From: Macrostomum lignano
Taxonomy: Eukaryota
Assembly (NCBI GenBank): GCA_002269645.1
Contig: NIVC01000129.1
Location: forward strand, 790,755 to 854,754
DNA: 64,000 nt
Direction: 5' to 3'
The notes under the pieces were generated by a model. It made no database searches, was not told the origin of the DNA, and saw only the letters and a list, made by a program, of their open reading frames with translations. Below are positions 40,564 to 57,765 of the stretch, piece after piece (the stretch's first letter is position 1; each line of letters begins with the position of its first letter). The translations under genes were made by a program, and so were the position numbers.

Positions 40564-42147
40564 GTCTTAACTATGCATCGGGGGTATTAATAAGCCGACT
40601 GAATTTAATTACTGATGCTTGAAGGAGGAATTTGTCTTCCTATGGAGTCATTTGTCATGAGTGAATGAGTTTTCTTCTTATTGCTACAGCATTTTAAGTG
40701 ATAGACAAATAGGTATTTGATTTCAATTTATTTATTCATTTCCATTAGTCCATGTTTTTACTAATACATGTTGAAACTTCTATTTTTTTAAATAGTGCCC
40801 CCCAAGGGGGGCTCAGTATGCTAGTTTGTTTCTAAAATAAAAATTGTAAAAAAGAAAAAAAGGGTTTTTCAAACTATTTTTTGGAAAATCCAAAGTGAAA
40901 AAACTAAAAGTGGGGGCCACACGGCGCCCGCGTGGCCTAATTGAGGCAGCCCCCCCCCCCCTTGGACGCCACTGAATGCATCTCTTGCAGACATTTTAAA
41001 ATTAGAAAAGAAAAAAAAACTACATACATTTTTATGATTGTATTCGACTAGAAAATACCTGGCAAATTATTAACTAACACTTTTATTGTTTCTAATTCGA
41101 AACTACTCTACACATAATAGTGTGTTCAATTCAACATTTAAATAGAAAATAATATATTACTGTCTACAGAACAAAAGAGCGTGAAAATCTAGGAAACAAT
41201 TACAACCATCGAGATTTTTGTTATACAGCACAAAAAAGTTAGAACAACAAAAACATTTGTTAATGAAGTTATAGTACTAGCTAAGTCCTTTAACTATATT
41301 TAACTTTGATTTATCAGAGCCTAAAACAAATAATGAGAATTTTCACAGGTTCTCAACTTAAAAATACAGTTCTTATAGGTATAGCACTGTTACCGTTGCA
41401 ATCATGTCAGGACGTAATATACTACTTACGCTTCAATAATTTTAAGGCTTAATCTACCTTCAAGTTTTCAGTTTTTTACCCTCGTGTAATCGTGGTATTA
41501 GCAGAATGTTAAGAAATCGTTCATTCTGTGTTTAAAACGTTAGGTTGGACCTTCAAATAAATTGTCCACAAAATGCGAATTGTTATGCGATACGCCCTGA
41601 CGCAACGGTAACTTCTAGAGGCCCTCGTTCCTACCCTGACTGAATGTAGGACCACAGATACTAAAATAACTAGATCGGCCCCTCAAGGCATATATACTTA
41701 GCAAAACTGCTTTCTACTTTCAGTTCAGTAGCAAAGAAGAATACATAAGCTATTTTATAAAAATAAAGGCAGCTGAAACGAATTTAATAAGTTTAGAAGC
41801 CCAAGCTTGCAGGTGCGTAAACAACCTGCTTAATTGGTTCAGCAATAATGTACATTAGCCATGTCCACTGAAATGTAAATGGCAGCTTTAGGCGGGAATT
41901 CCGAGAAAGGCAATAAAAATTGGGGCGGGCGGGGGGTAAGTGTGGAAAGGCGCGGTTGGCGGGTTTAAGCTTGGGGGGGTGAGAGCCAATAAATGAGCCT
42001 TGGGTTTAAAAATACAATTAAAATTCTTCTGTTTAACTTACTACTGAACTAAAAGTAGCTTGCACGCAAATGTGCTGAGTGGCCCATCTAGTATCTGTGC
42101 CAAGTACCGAGGAAGGAGTAGTCCTTGATGTAAACTCGGCCAGCCTG

Positions 42148-44241
42148 TCAGAGATGGGTGTCCATCTCTTCGGGATTGACTGTTTGAGTTTCATCAATAG
42201 CCGATATGCGAGAGCCGGCTGAGGCTGGCGCATCAAAGAGTCTCAGATTGGCCTCGCACAGGCCGGCCATCTGCCTGGCCGACATTCTAGGAAACAGAGG
42301 CGTCGGGCGGGTGGAATTGAATTTGTTAAAATCGATCTGGTAGCGACCGTTTTCTTTCTGATAGGTTACTAATCGTTCGAAATTGTAGCCCCAACGAATC
42401 TCCGAGGGCAGGTAGGAGGTGCGAGCTTCCGCTGTGCTTCCGGTCGACTCCGCCACGCCGGCCAGAGCCACTACCAGCTCGAACTGCTCGTGCTGAAGGT
42501 CGTCGGCTGAGATATCCCAAAACGGGGATTTCTCATCGATTCGATGCTCCACAATGGCTGGGAACGGCAGGAACAGGCGGTCTCTACCTGTGGAGGCGCC
42601 AAAATCGACTCGGAATTGTTCCAACGGCAATATCTCGTTTTCCCTAGTGATTCGCTTTCGTACTAAAGTGCCCTTGATGCTGGCCTCCATCAGCTGGGAC
42701 CGGCGCATGTCGCCAACCCGAATTAGCAGCACCATTTGGTCGTCTCGCTTAGTAACTAGGGCCTCTCGGCTGAACATGATGGCGCCAGCTCGCTTGCCGG
42801 GTAGAGTCAGCTTTGAGAATATGAACCCCGTCATGAAGGCCTGCATGGGTGCGGGTTTTTGAGGAGCCAGTCAGCTGAATTAAGCTTTCTGGAGTTCGGA
42901 CTCAGTTGAATCAATTAATTCAGTTCCCCTGTTTCTTACGAGTAGGCTGGCGCCCCTGTCTTTTAGGCTGGCGCCCCTGTCTTTTAGGCTGGCGCCCCTG
43001 TCTCTTAGGCTGGCGCCCCTGTCTCTTAGGTTGGCGCCCCTGTCTCTTAGGTTGGCGTCCCTGTCTCTTGACACACACTGCCTGCATCATGTGACACACA
43101 CTGCCTGCATCAAGTGACACACACACACACTGCCTGCATCATGTGACACACTGCCTGCATCATGTGACACACTGCCTGCATAATGTGACACTGTCTGCAT
43201 CATGTGACAACTGTCTGCATCATGTGACACACTGCTTGCATAATGTGACACTGTCTGCATTGTGACACTGTCTGCATCATGACACACTGCCTGCATCATG
43301 TGACATACACTGTCTGCATCATGTGACACGGTCTGCATCATGTGACATACACTGCCTGCATCATGTGACATACACTGTCTGCATCATGTGACACACTGTC
43401 TGCATCATGTGACACACTGTCTGCATCATGTGACACACTGTCTGCATCATGTGACACACTGTCTGCATCATGTGACACACACACACACGTTTCGGTATGC
43501 TAAATATTCATATACTCAATCTTTTGCTACTACTGAATAATAAAGGCTAAAGTAGATTTAGACTTAAAATTGGGCTACTTTAAGTACAGTATGCTGACTG
43601 CAAATAGCAAAACAGGGAGAAACTATAGCATGTACTTTAATTGCTTGTGAAGCTGGGGCAGCTGGCAAGTGGCAACACGTGGCGCAGTAGCGCACGGACT
43701 TTTTCTCGAAGTTTGAATTCAAACCAGCTTTTTGTCAAACAGATAAACAGAGTACGAAAGCAATTAACAGGCTGTCACTCACCTGTATGAGCACGCCGAC
43801 AACCGACTGCAGCATAACAAACAGTACCACCTCTGGGCAAAAAGAATTCGCCGTTCGAGGCGTACCGTAACCGATGGTGTGCTGAGTTTCCAAGGAGAAC
43901 TGAAACGCAGTTACAAAGCTACTCACTCCATAGACGCAGCGAGCAGAGTCAGCTTTTTCTGGGATCGTGTCCTGCCGGCTGAAGGCCACCAATAGCCAAA
44001 TTAGGCCGCCAATTAACCAGCTGAGAACGAAAACAGCAACAAATAACAAAACGGCGTAAGTCCATTTTGAATCAATTAGCGTCGTGAATATGTCGGCTAG
44101 ATAGCGCCTCCGCCTGTCTTTCACCGAGCACTGCGTTATGTTCATGTCGCCATTCTTAAATAGCAGTCGCTTGTATCGACGCCTCTTACCGACTCTGTCC
44201 GGGTGCGTTGACGATTTCCTTTTCGGGTATTCCCGCTCCAT
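42148..44241 (-). CDS. Inward-rectifier K+ channel (Kir/KCNJ family), 2 exons, 383 aa
   Basis: Exons 44241-43783 and 42840-42148 (phase 0). RYLADIFTTLID, FSLETQHTIGYG, CPE, IQAFMTG, IRVGDMRRSQLMEA, ARTSYLPSEIRWG. Confidence 0.93.
42945..43490. repeat. 21-bp and ~20-bp minisatellites in the Kir intron
   Basis: TAGGCTGGCGCCCCTGTCTTT, then TGTGACACACTGTCTGCATCA units. Confidence 0.9.
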
Positions 44242-45284
44242 GACCGTATTGCTTAATCGCGGCGTTTGTTTAATTTCAGTTCAATTAAGTTGAAATTGGC
44301 CTGCAGGGCGTTTTTGTATAGAGGTGAGGCCTTATCTTCGTTAAGGGCCATGGAGAAAGGGGGTGCAATGTACATGCCCTCTTGGGGTGGGGCAATATTC
44401 TTTACCCTTTCCTTCGGAGGGGCCAAATTCTACAAATGTACATTGTACCAATATAGCTCCAACCCAACCCCTTCTCTTTTTTATAGTTAATCAACAGCAG
44501 AACCGAACGAAACACGGGGTGTGCAAACCCCAATGTCTTTTTTCTGCCCCCGCGCCCCAATAGGCCATAGCGTCGTGTCTGTTGTTAGTATTAGCGCATG
44601 ACTGTCTCTACCTGTGCAAGACTAACTGTGCAATTGCAATACGAGTTCACTTTTGAATTGCTTCTGTTCAGGTTTTGTTTTTATTTAAGCTCTGCTCTCC
44701 TTTCGGTTTTCGTAAATGCAAATTGTCGAATATCAATCGAGTTAGAAATTTCCTGTCTTGTGCCAGAATGCATTAGCATTACCCTAGCAGTTACATTCGA
44801 TTCGTTAGCTCAAATCTAAAAAAATATTTGCATAAAGCCTGCGTACCTTTCAGTAAATCGACGGCTGTTGAAAGTTGCTTTATATTCATTTATGGCCCAG
44901 AGAAAGGTCATTATTCATTTCCTTCCCTCACTTTATTACCTACATGTACGATGTACCTACGCTCGTACGCTAAGAATGGCAAAAATAATAATACCGGTAT
45001 GATTATAATTACAGTATATTTAATTAATCATATATGTATAATATAATTACGGCGGGAACTATACTATACTATGAGAATCCGATTTCCACGGGGAAATTTG
45101 AAAGATTTGAGTATTATTTCTTTTGTATTATAACGACTGTAATGTAGTGTAGGTCAGCCTACATATTTCCATTTACAGAACTTTGCAGAACTTAACTTCC
45201 CTACTTACTAAGTAGTATACTCAGTGCACAAACGAAGAATGACGTCTCGTTTTTTAAAGTTAACAAAATCGGGAGCACGAGAAT

Positions 45285-45700
45285 TTCCCGCACGAGTTTT
45301 TCCCGCACGAGATTATCCCGCAGCGAGTTTTTCCCGCGACGAAAATTTGCCGCAGGAAATTTCCCCATCGAGATTTTCCTGTCGAGCTTTTACCGCCGAG
45401 ATTTTCCCGCACGAATTTTCCCCGCACAGACTTTTTCCAGCAGAAAGATTTTCCCGCAAGAAATTTCTCGTGATTGCCTTTGATATTTCTTTCTTAAGGT
45501 AAACAGGCAATCACGAGAAATTTCTTGCGGGAAAATCTTTCTGCTGGAAAAAGTCTGTGCGGGGAAAATTCGTGCGGGAAAATCTCGGCGGTAAAAGCTC
45601 GGTAGGAAAATCTCGACGGGGAAATTTCCTGCGGGAAACTCTCGCTGCGGGAAAAACTCGCTGCGGGATAATCTCGTGCGGGAAAAACTCGTGCGGGGAA
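45285..45700. repeat. Long palindrome (foldback-like), ~195-bp arms, 25-nt spacer
   Basis: 45285-45479 is nearly the rc of 45505-45700; the same peptide is read on opposite strands (ORFs 45224.. and 45494..); arms are built of TTTCCCGCA subrepeats. Confidence 0.9.
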
Positions 45701-46084
45701 AGCTGGGCGGGAAAAATTCCTGCGGGAAATTCTCATAGACCCAACAAAATCATGCGCAAATTGCACGGCTGAACCTTCTACGAGTCGCGTTAAAACAAAA
45801 CAGCAATCCAGACCGAAGCTTTGAATTATTTGCTCATTTAGTGGTGCCGACTGAGATCTTTTCATGATTTGGCTAATTAAGATAAGAATGTCGGGCAATC
45901 AGTGATTTTCTTTAGGCATCGAGAATTGCTGCCACGCTGCAAACTTCATAGTGCAAAGTCTTTAAGTGCAACAGCTGGCAACAATTAGTGGCTTTGATAC
46001 CGCTCGAGGGTAACAGAAAGCTCAGAAAATTTAACTTGATTTAATCACGAAATAAATCTTTGCAGTCCTTGAACCTGCCTAAAA

Positions 46085-46525
46085 CAAAAATTTTAGCGCC
46101 GCAGGCCCGCATTTTAGCGCCGTAGGCACCATTTTAGCGCCGCAAGCACCATTTCAGCGCCGCAGGCACTCATTTTGGCGCTGCAGGCACTCATTTTAGC
46201 GCCGCAGGCACTCATTTTGACGCTGCAGGCACTCATTTTGGCGCCGCAGGCACTCATTTTAGCGCCGCAGGCACTCATTTTGGCGCCGCAGGCACTTATT
46301 TTGGCGCCGCAGGCACTTATTTTGGCGCTGCAGGCACTCATTTTAGCGCCGCAGGCACTCATTTTGGCGCCGCAGGCACTCATTCTCGCGCTGCAGGCAC
46401 TCATTTTGGCGCCGCAGGCACTCATTTTGGCGCCGCAGGCACTCATTTTGGCGCCGCAGGCACTCATTTTGGCGCCGCAGGCACTCATTTTAGCGCCGCA
46501 GGCACTCATTTTGGCGCTGCAGGCG
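46085..46525. repeat. 21-bp minisatellite ATTTTGGCGCCGCAGGCACTC
   Basis: About 20 units. Confidence 0.95.
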
Positions 46526-47523
46526 CTGTTTTGTCGCCCTGCAGCAAAATGTATTCATGCAAAGCAGCAAAAACAAAAAATAAGCAAGAATTCTAAATTT
46601 TACATTTAAAATGTGGAGGGGCCAGATACCATTACTGCCCCCCCCCCATTTTAAAAAGTGGGGGGGCCATGGCCCCACGTTCCTACGCCTGTGTCGGCGA
46701 AATGGCGGTGGATACACCCCCTCCCTAGATAGGCCACTGGATTATGGATGAAGTCCTAAGAGGAACATGTTAATGCTAATAAATTGATGATAACTGTAGT
46801 AAGGATTCGGTGGCGTTTTAATATGACATGCATGCATATGGCATGCTGCATATAGCTTTGTTTAGAAAGATTAGGATAGGATTCTTCGATCTTTTACTTG
46901 CAAAGTAGCAGTTGCACTTCAAGGGCTTGGCGACTCGTATAGAAAGCATCAACCACTCAGCCTGAGTCAGCCAACAAGCTTTCTGCTGAGCGAGTCGATA
47001 ACACAATAGTGGCCAGTACAATGCATGTCCAATTTTCATAATTGCAACTGCAATTGCATTTCTCATCTACTCACGCCCGCACTTGAGTATGCTGTTGTTG
47101 TCGTTTGCTTGCCCTCCCCTCCTGACCCGTCACCCGACCCGCCGCTCCGGTCTAGCTCCGTTCAGTGTACATTGATCCCGCCTTCTAGTCTAAAGTAGCA
47201 GTCTATACTGTCTATTCTCACTCTCAAAGCCCCACCCTTAACCTAGCCCCCCACCGTTTTCATCAATGTACGGTCCCGAGTGTACATTTCAGCTCTAGCC
47301 TCTCCCAGCTCTTCATTTCCCTTTTCCTTTCCCCTTACCCTGCGCTGCATGTTATATAGAAAGAAGCTCAGTGGAATTTTCCGATTGACCTTGGCGCGCT
47401 AAGGGGGGCAAGCCAGAGTTGCGGTAAGCAGTACTTCGCCGTTAAACAAAAAGGTTCCTCAAACAAACAAGCCAGCAAGAAATTGTTTATTAGCAAAGCA
47501 ACGGTTGTCGGTTAGCAACCATC

Positions 47524-53685
<6,162 letters not shown>

Positions 53686-53789
53686 CTGTGTTGTGCGTAG
53701 TTTTGCTGTGTTTAAACCAACATTTCGGTACATATCGGGTATTAACGGTAGTGCAAGCTCACTTTAACACAAAATTTTCGATAAATATC

Positions 53790-54335
53790 GGGTATTATCG
53801 ACAATGCAAGCTAACTGTTAATATTAAATTTTCGATGCATATCGAGTGTTATCGACAGTTCAAGCTAACTGTTAATATTAAATTATCGATACATATCGGG
53901 TATTATCGACAGTTCAAGCTAACTGTTAATATTAAATTATCGATACATATCGGGTATTATCGACAATGCAAGCTAACTGTTAATATTAAATTATCGATAC
54001 ATATCGAGTGTTATCGTCAGTTCAAGCTAACTGTTAATATTAAATTATCGATACATATCGGGTGTTATCGACAATGCAAGCTAACTGTTAATATTAAATT
54101 ATCGATACATATCGAGTGTTATCGACAGTTCAAGCTAACTGTTAATATTAAATTATCGATACATATCGGGTGTTATCGACAGTTCAAGCTAACTGTTAAT
54201 ATTAAATTATCGATACATATCGGGTGTTATCGACAGTTCAAGCTAACTGTTAATATTAAATTATCGATACATATCGGGTGTTATCGACAGTTCAAGCTAA
54301 CTGTTAATATCAAAATTCTCGATACATATCGGCTG
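53790..54335. repeat. 54-bp minisatellite
   Basis: About 10 units; explains ORF 53682..54344. Confidence 0.93.
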
Positions 54336-55265
54336 TGTTGCTAGTAGTAGAGGTGGGTTGTGAATGTTTTTCTCTATAAATTTTGATATTTTGCGTGCTA
54401 CTGCAAGTGAATTGTAATTTTCAACACCCAGCTCGAATATGTGTTTGTGTGTTTAGTAACCGTAATAGAAGCGACTGATATCATATAATTTCCTGTAATT
54501 TTCGATACATATCGGCTGTACAACCTGACTCTCTCCTTGATCTATTGGGAATAGTTCTTACTTTAGCTCAGAAAATCATATCCATTTTTGCATATATCTG
54601 CACCACACTACTGACTGGCTGCCGTCTAATTAGTATTCAAATTAGTAAATTCGAGCTGTCTCTTGACAATTAAATTTTGTTATCATTATACGAGTATTTG
54701 TTAAGTTTATAAAAGGATGCCCATTTTAATCCACCTTCAGCAGCAATTTGCGTTGGCGTTGCTAGATGGAACAGACTACTAAAAATTCGTGATGACAGTA
54801 ACAATAGACTTTTAAGCGCTTGCCAATTGTCTGTAATTGTCGCAATTTTTATCAAATCTGATTGGGCTTTCATAGAAAATCTGATTATTTTTATTATTGT
54901 GTGGGGGAGTTTCTGTCCCTATTGTGCTGGTGCGTACTAAGCATTGATTTTGAGTAAATGTCTGAATGGGGGTCTTTATGTATTAGATTAGAAAGTTACA
55001 TTATAAGTATAGCAGTTATAGCAGCACCAAGGAGCGCCAGCATCAAATACTTGTCAACTTATAACTAGCTAATGGCATCCGAGAGAGGAGCCCCCATGGT
55101 GTTTACGCTGGTAGTCAAAGCATCAAATTTATTATATTTATTTTTATTCAGCCAACTTATAAGTACCGCAGCTATTTAATAATTAATAGCTAACCATATT
55201 TAGATACAATGCGTTAATTATCAAATCAGAAGCAAGTTTTTCATTGTTTGGCACTGGTGCAGCGC

Positions 55266-55982
55266 TCACAGCTCGGACTTGACCAGATCGGCCGTCGAGT
55301 CCAGGTCGGATTTGCTCAGCGTGTACGGCTTCTTGATGCCGACCACGCCGCAGTCCATGATGCGGACTCGCTTCTTCGGCTGCGCATTCGACGGATTCGT
55401 TGGCACCTCGCCGATCGTGTTGACCACGTCGAAGCCGCGGACGACTTTGCCGAACACTACGTGATGCTTGTCGAGCCAGCGAGCTTTGGTCAGGGTGATG
55501 TAGAACTGCGAGCCGTTGGTGTCCGGGCCGTGGTTGGCCATGGCAACCCAGCCGGCGCTGCGGTGCGACAGGATAAAGGGCTCATCGTTGAATGCCTTGC
55601 CGAAGATGCTGGCTCCGCCGGTGCCGTCCTTGCGCACCACGTCGCCCATCTGAACGACGAAGTCCGGCACAACGCGATGCACCGGGGTGTTCTTGTAGTG
55701 CAGCACGTCGCCTTTGGCGGACTTCCAGCCGCGGGCCAGTGACGCGAAGTTCATCGACGTAGCGGGGGCGTCCTCGCCGAACACGGCGACGGTGAACCGG
55801 CCAGTAAAGTCGTCGCCGGGCCCGTCGAGGTCTTTGATCTCGATCTCGAACCAGACCTCCTCGGTGACCGTGTACTTCGGCTTGGCAACCTCGTCGGAAT
55901 CTTCAGAGGAGACAGAGGCGGCAACGGCGGCAGCAAAAGTCACCAGAATCAGGGCGAAGAGGGCGTCGCAGAACTTTGCCAT
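55266..55982 (-). CDS. PPIB: Secretory-pathway cyclophilin (PPIase B-like), intronless, 238 aa
   Basis: Signal peptide; HRVVPDFVVQMGD, GTGGASIFG, AMANHGPDTNGSQFYIT, WLDKHHVVFGKV; ends KSEL. Exact orthology to PPIB is not established. Confidence 0.9.
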   Translation of the reverse strand: MAKFCDALFALILVTFAAAVAASVSSEDSDEVAKPKYTVTEEVWFEIEIKDLDGPGDDFTGRFTVAVFGEDAPATSMNFASLARGWKSAKGDVLHYKNTPVHRVVPDFVVQMGDVVRKDGTGGASIFGKAFNDEPFILSHRSAGWVAMANHGPDTNGSQFYITLTKARWLDKHHVVFGKVVRGFDVVNTIGEVPTNPSNAQPKKRVRIMDCGVVGIKKPYTLSKSDLDSTADLVKSEL

Positions 55983-57765
55983 GGCTACTGCAATGCTAGT
56001 TGAGAAGTTGATCGGACAAGTAGAATCAGTTCGCAGCGAGGAATCTTCAGATTTGCGTAGTCAGGCGCAGCTTTTATGCACAGTTAGAGAGACGGGTGGC
56101 TTAATCCCAGAGCTCTGCCACGTGTCCTCAAAGCGAGATTTGGTTCTTCAACTTGTTTGCTTGTTGTTGTTGGTTAGTCTGGCTGCAGATCATAGATAGA
56201 GCTGCAACATCTGCTGTTTGCCACGTCAGCTAAGCCAGCGACAGAAGCCATCTGCTGTCTTTACTCATAATCGTGATCCTCTGAGAGATTCCATTGTGAG
56301 CAAACCTGTTCTTGCGCCTAGTTCTAGCTGAAGGATTATAGGCAGAGTTCACTTAATCCCCTGGGGCAGCGCGTGGCACAATTCCTATTTTGTGCAGAGG
56401 GTTTGTGAAGCCACGTTTCCATAGTGGATTTGTCGTTGGCTATGGCTTAATTCACTTTTTCGTTAGAAACTTGCTGAATAATTCTGAGTTAAACATCAAC
56501 ATTTCAATTGTTGGTTTTCTGGACAAGGGTTTAAAATAAGTTTGAAAAAATGTTAATAGAACTTCAGAGAGGTGCATGTATTTATTCTTTCTTGGCACCT
56601 TTAATGCACCGTATTCTTGAGACGCTGTCTTGATGCGCTGATTAGTTACTGAGGATTTTACCGTTTTTTGAGGCTGCAATGGCACTGTTTAACGCAAAAA
56701 GCTGCTGCGTCAACAACGGCCTAATCAGACTTCTTTTAAACATCCTCTAAGGTGCTCCTGGGAGCCACGTTTGCTCCGTTGGGGTGTTTGTTTGTTCCGG
56801 CAGTTGGCTGGGTGCTGAACAGTGTTTGTTCCTACCAACGATGACGGCTTCTGCTGGGGCGACGCCTGGGTCGACGCCAAACAGAGAGACGGTCAGTGTG
56901 CTTTGCTCCACCGCTCCCAGTGACAACTGGACACGCTGGTTGCTGTTGCGGCGATTTTCGGCCTTGTGGATCAATCAACACGCGGAAGACCATCGTGCTC
57001 TGCGTGCCGAATGGTATCGAGACTGCGATTCTCTGACAAGCGACAGGCGATGGAACTACTCGATGTCAGCAGTCTGGTTCTACCAACGATGTGGCAATGT
57101 TGGCCGCGGGCTTACCTGCGCCACATTTTGTTCTGTGAGGACAGTCCTGCATTCCGAGGCCCTGTCTGACCGCACCGTTGCTGTTTTTCATTTTTTATGC
57201 GTGCTTCCTTCGAAGCTCTGTTTAAAGGTCGCCGCGGACTTTAGGGTGTCATTTAGTTACGTCGCTATGTTTTTGTGTAAAGGCGAGTCACACGCAGAGC
57301 GCAGAATGTCTGTTAGAACTGTCATGCAGACAAGCTATCTGCATGCATTGTGCCGAAACCATAATCGCTCAGCTTTGAGCACCGTGTCAGGATCAATGTC
57401 CGAGCTCAGTAGACCTTTACGACCCCAAAACAGCGTGTTCATTCAGGTTCGAGAACTATTTTCTGTGAAGAAAAAAATTTGGAAAGAAATGAAATGGCGC
57501 ACCTATCTTAAAAAATGAGGGGTCTGGTAGTGTCACTACTACGCTCCACAGTCTTCCGATAAGAGAAAGGTTGAGGCCAAAAAACATGCCAGAAAGTAAA
57601 AAAGTTTACCAAAACTAGTGACGGCAGCATTGGTTATAATTTTTTTCAGCGTAGACTTTGAGCGATAAGGCTTCAATTTGGCTGGTAAAAAAGCACGCAA
57701 ACTCGACGAGGGCGTGCACCGAGTTTGAAGCTGATTCGAGTTATAATTCCAAGTGGTTTGAGGCC

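Noticed and set aside
45224-45898. Two ORFs with the same peptide on opposite strands
   Set aside because: A consequence of the palindrome, not genes
46600-46700. GC-rich hAT-like 3' end (GGCCCCACGTTCCTACGCCTGTG)
   Set aside because: No matching 5' TIR or TSD found
56784-57518. 244-aa ORF between the cyclophilin and bestrophin 2
   Set aside because: No recognisable domain, weak start and no splice support; left uncalled pending RNA data
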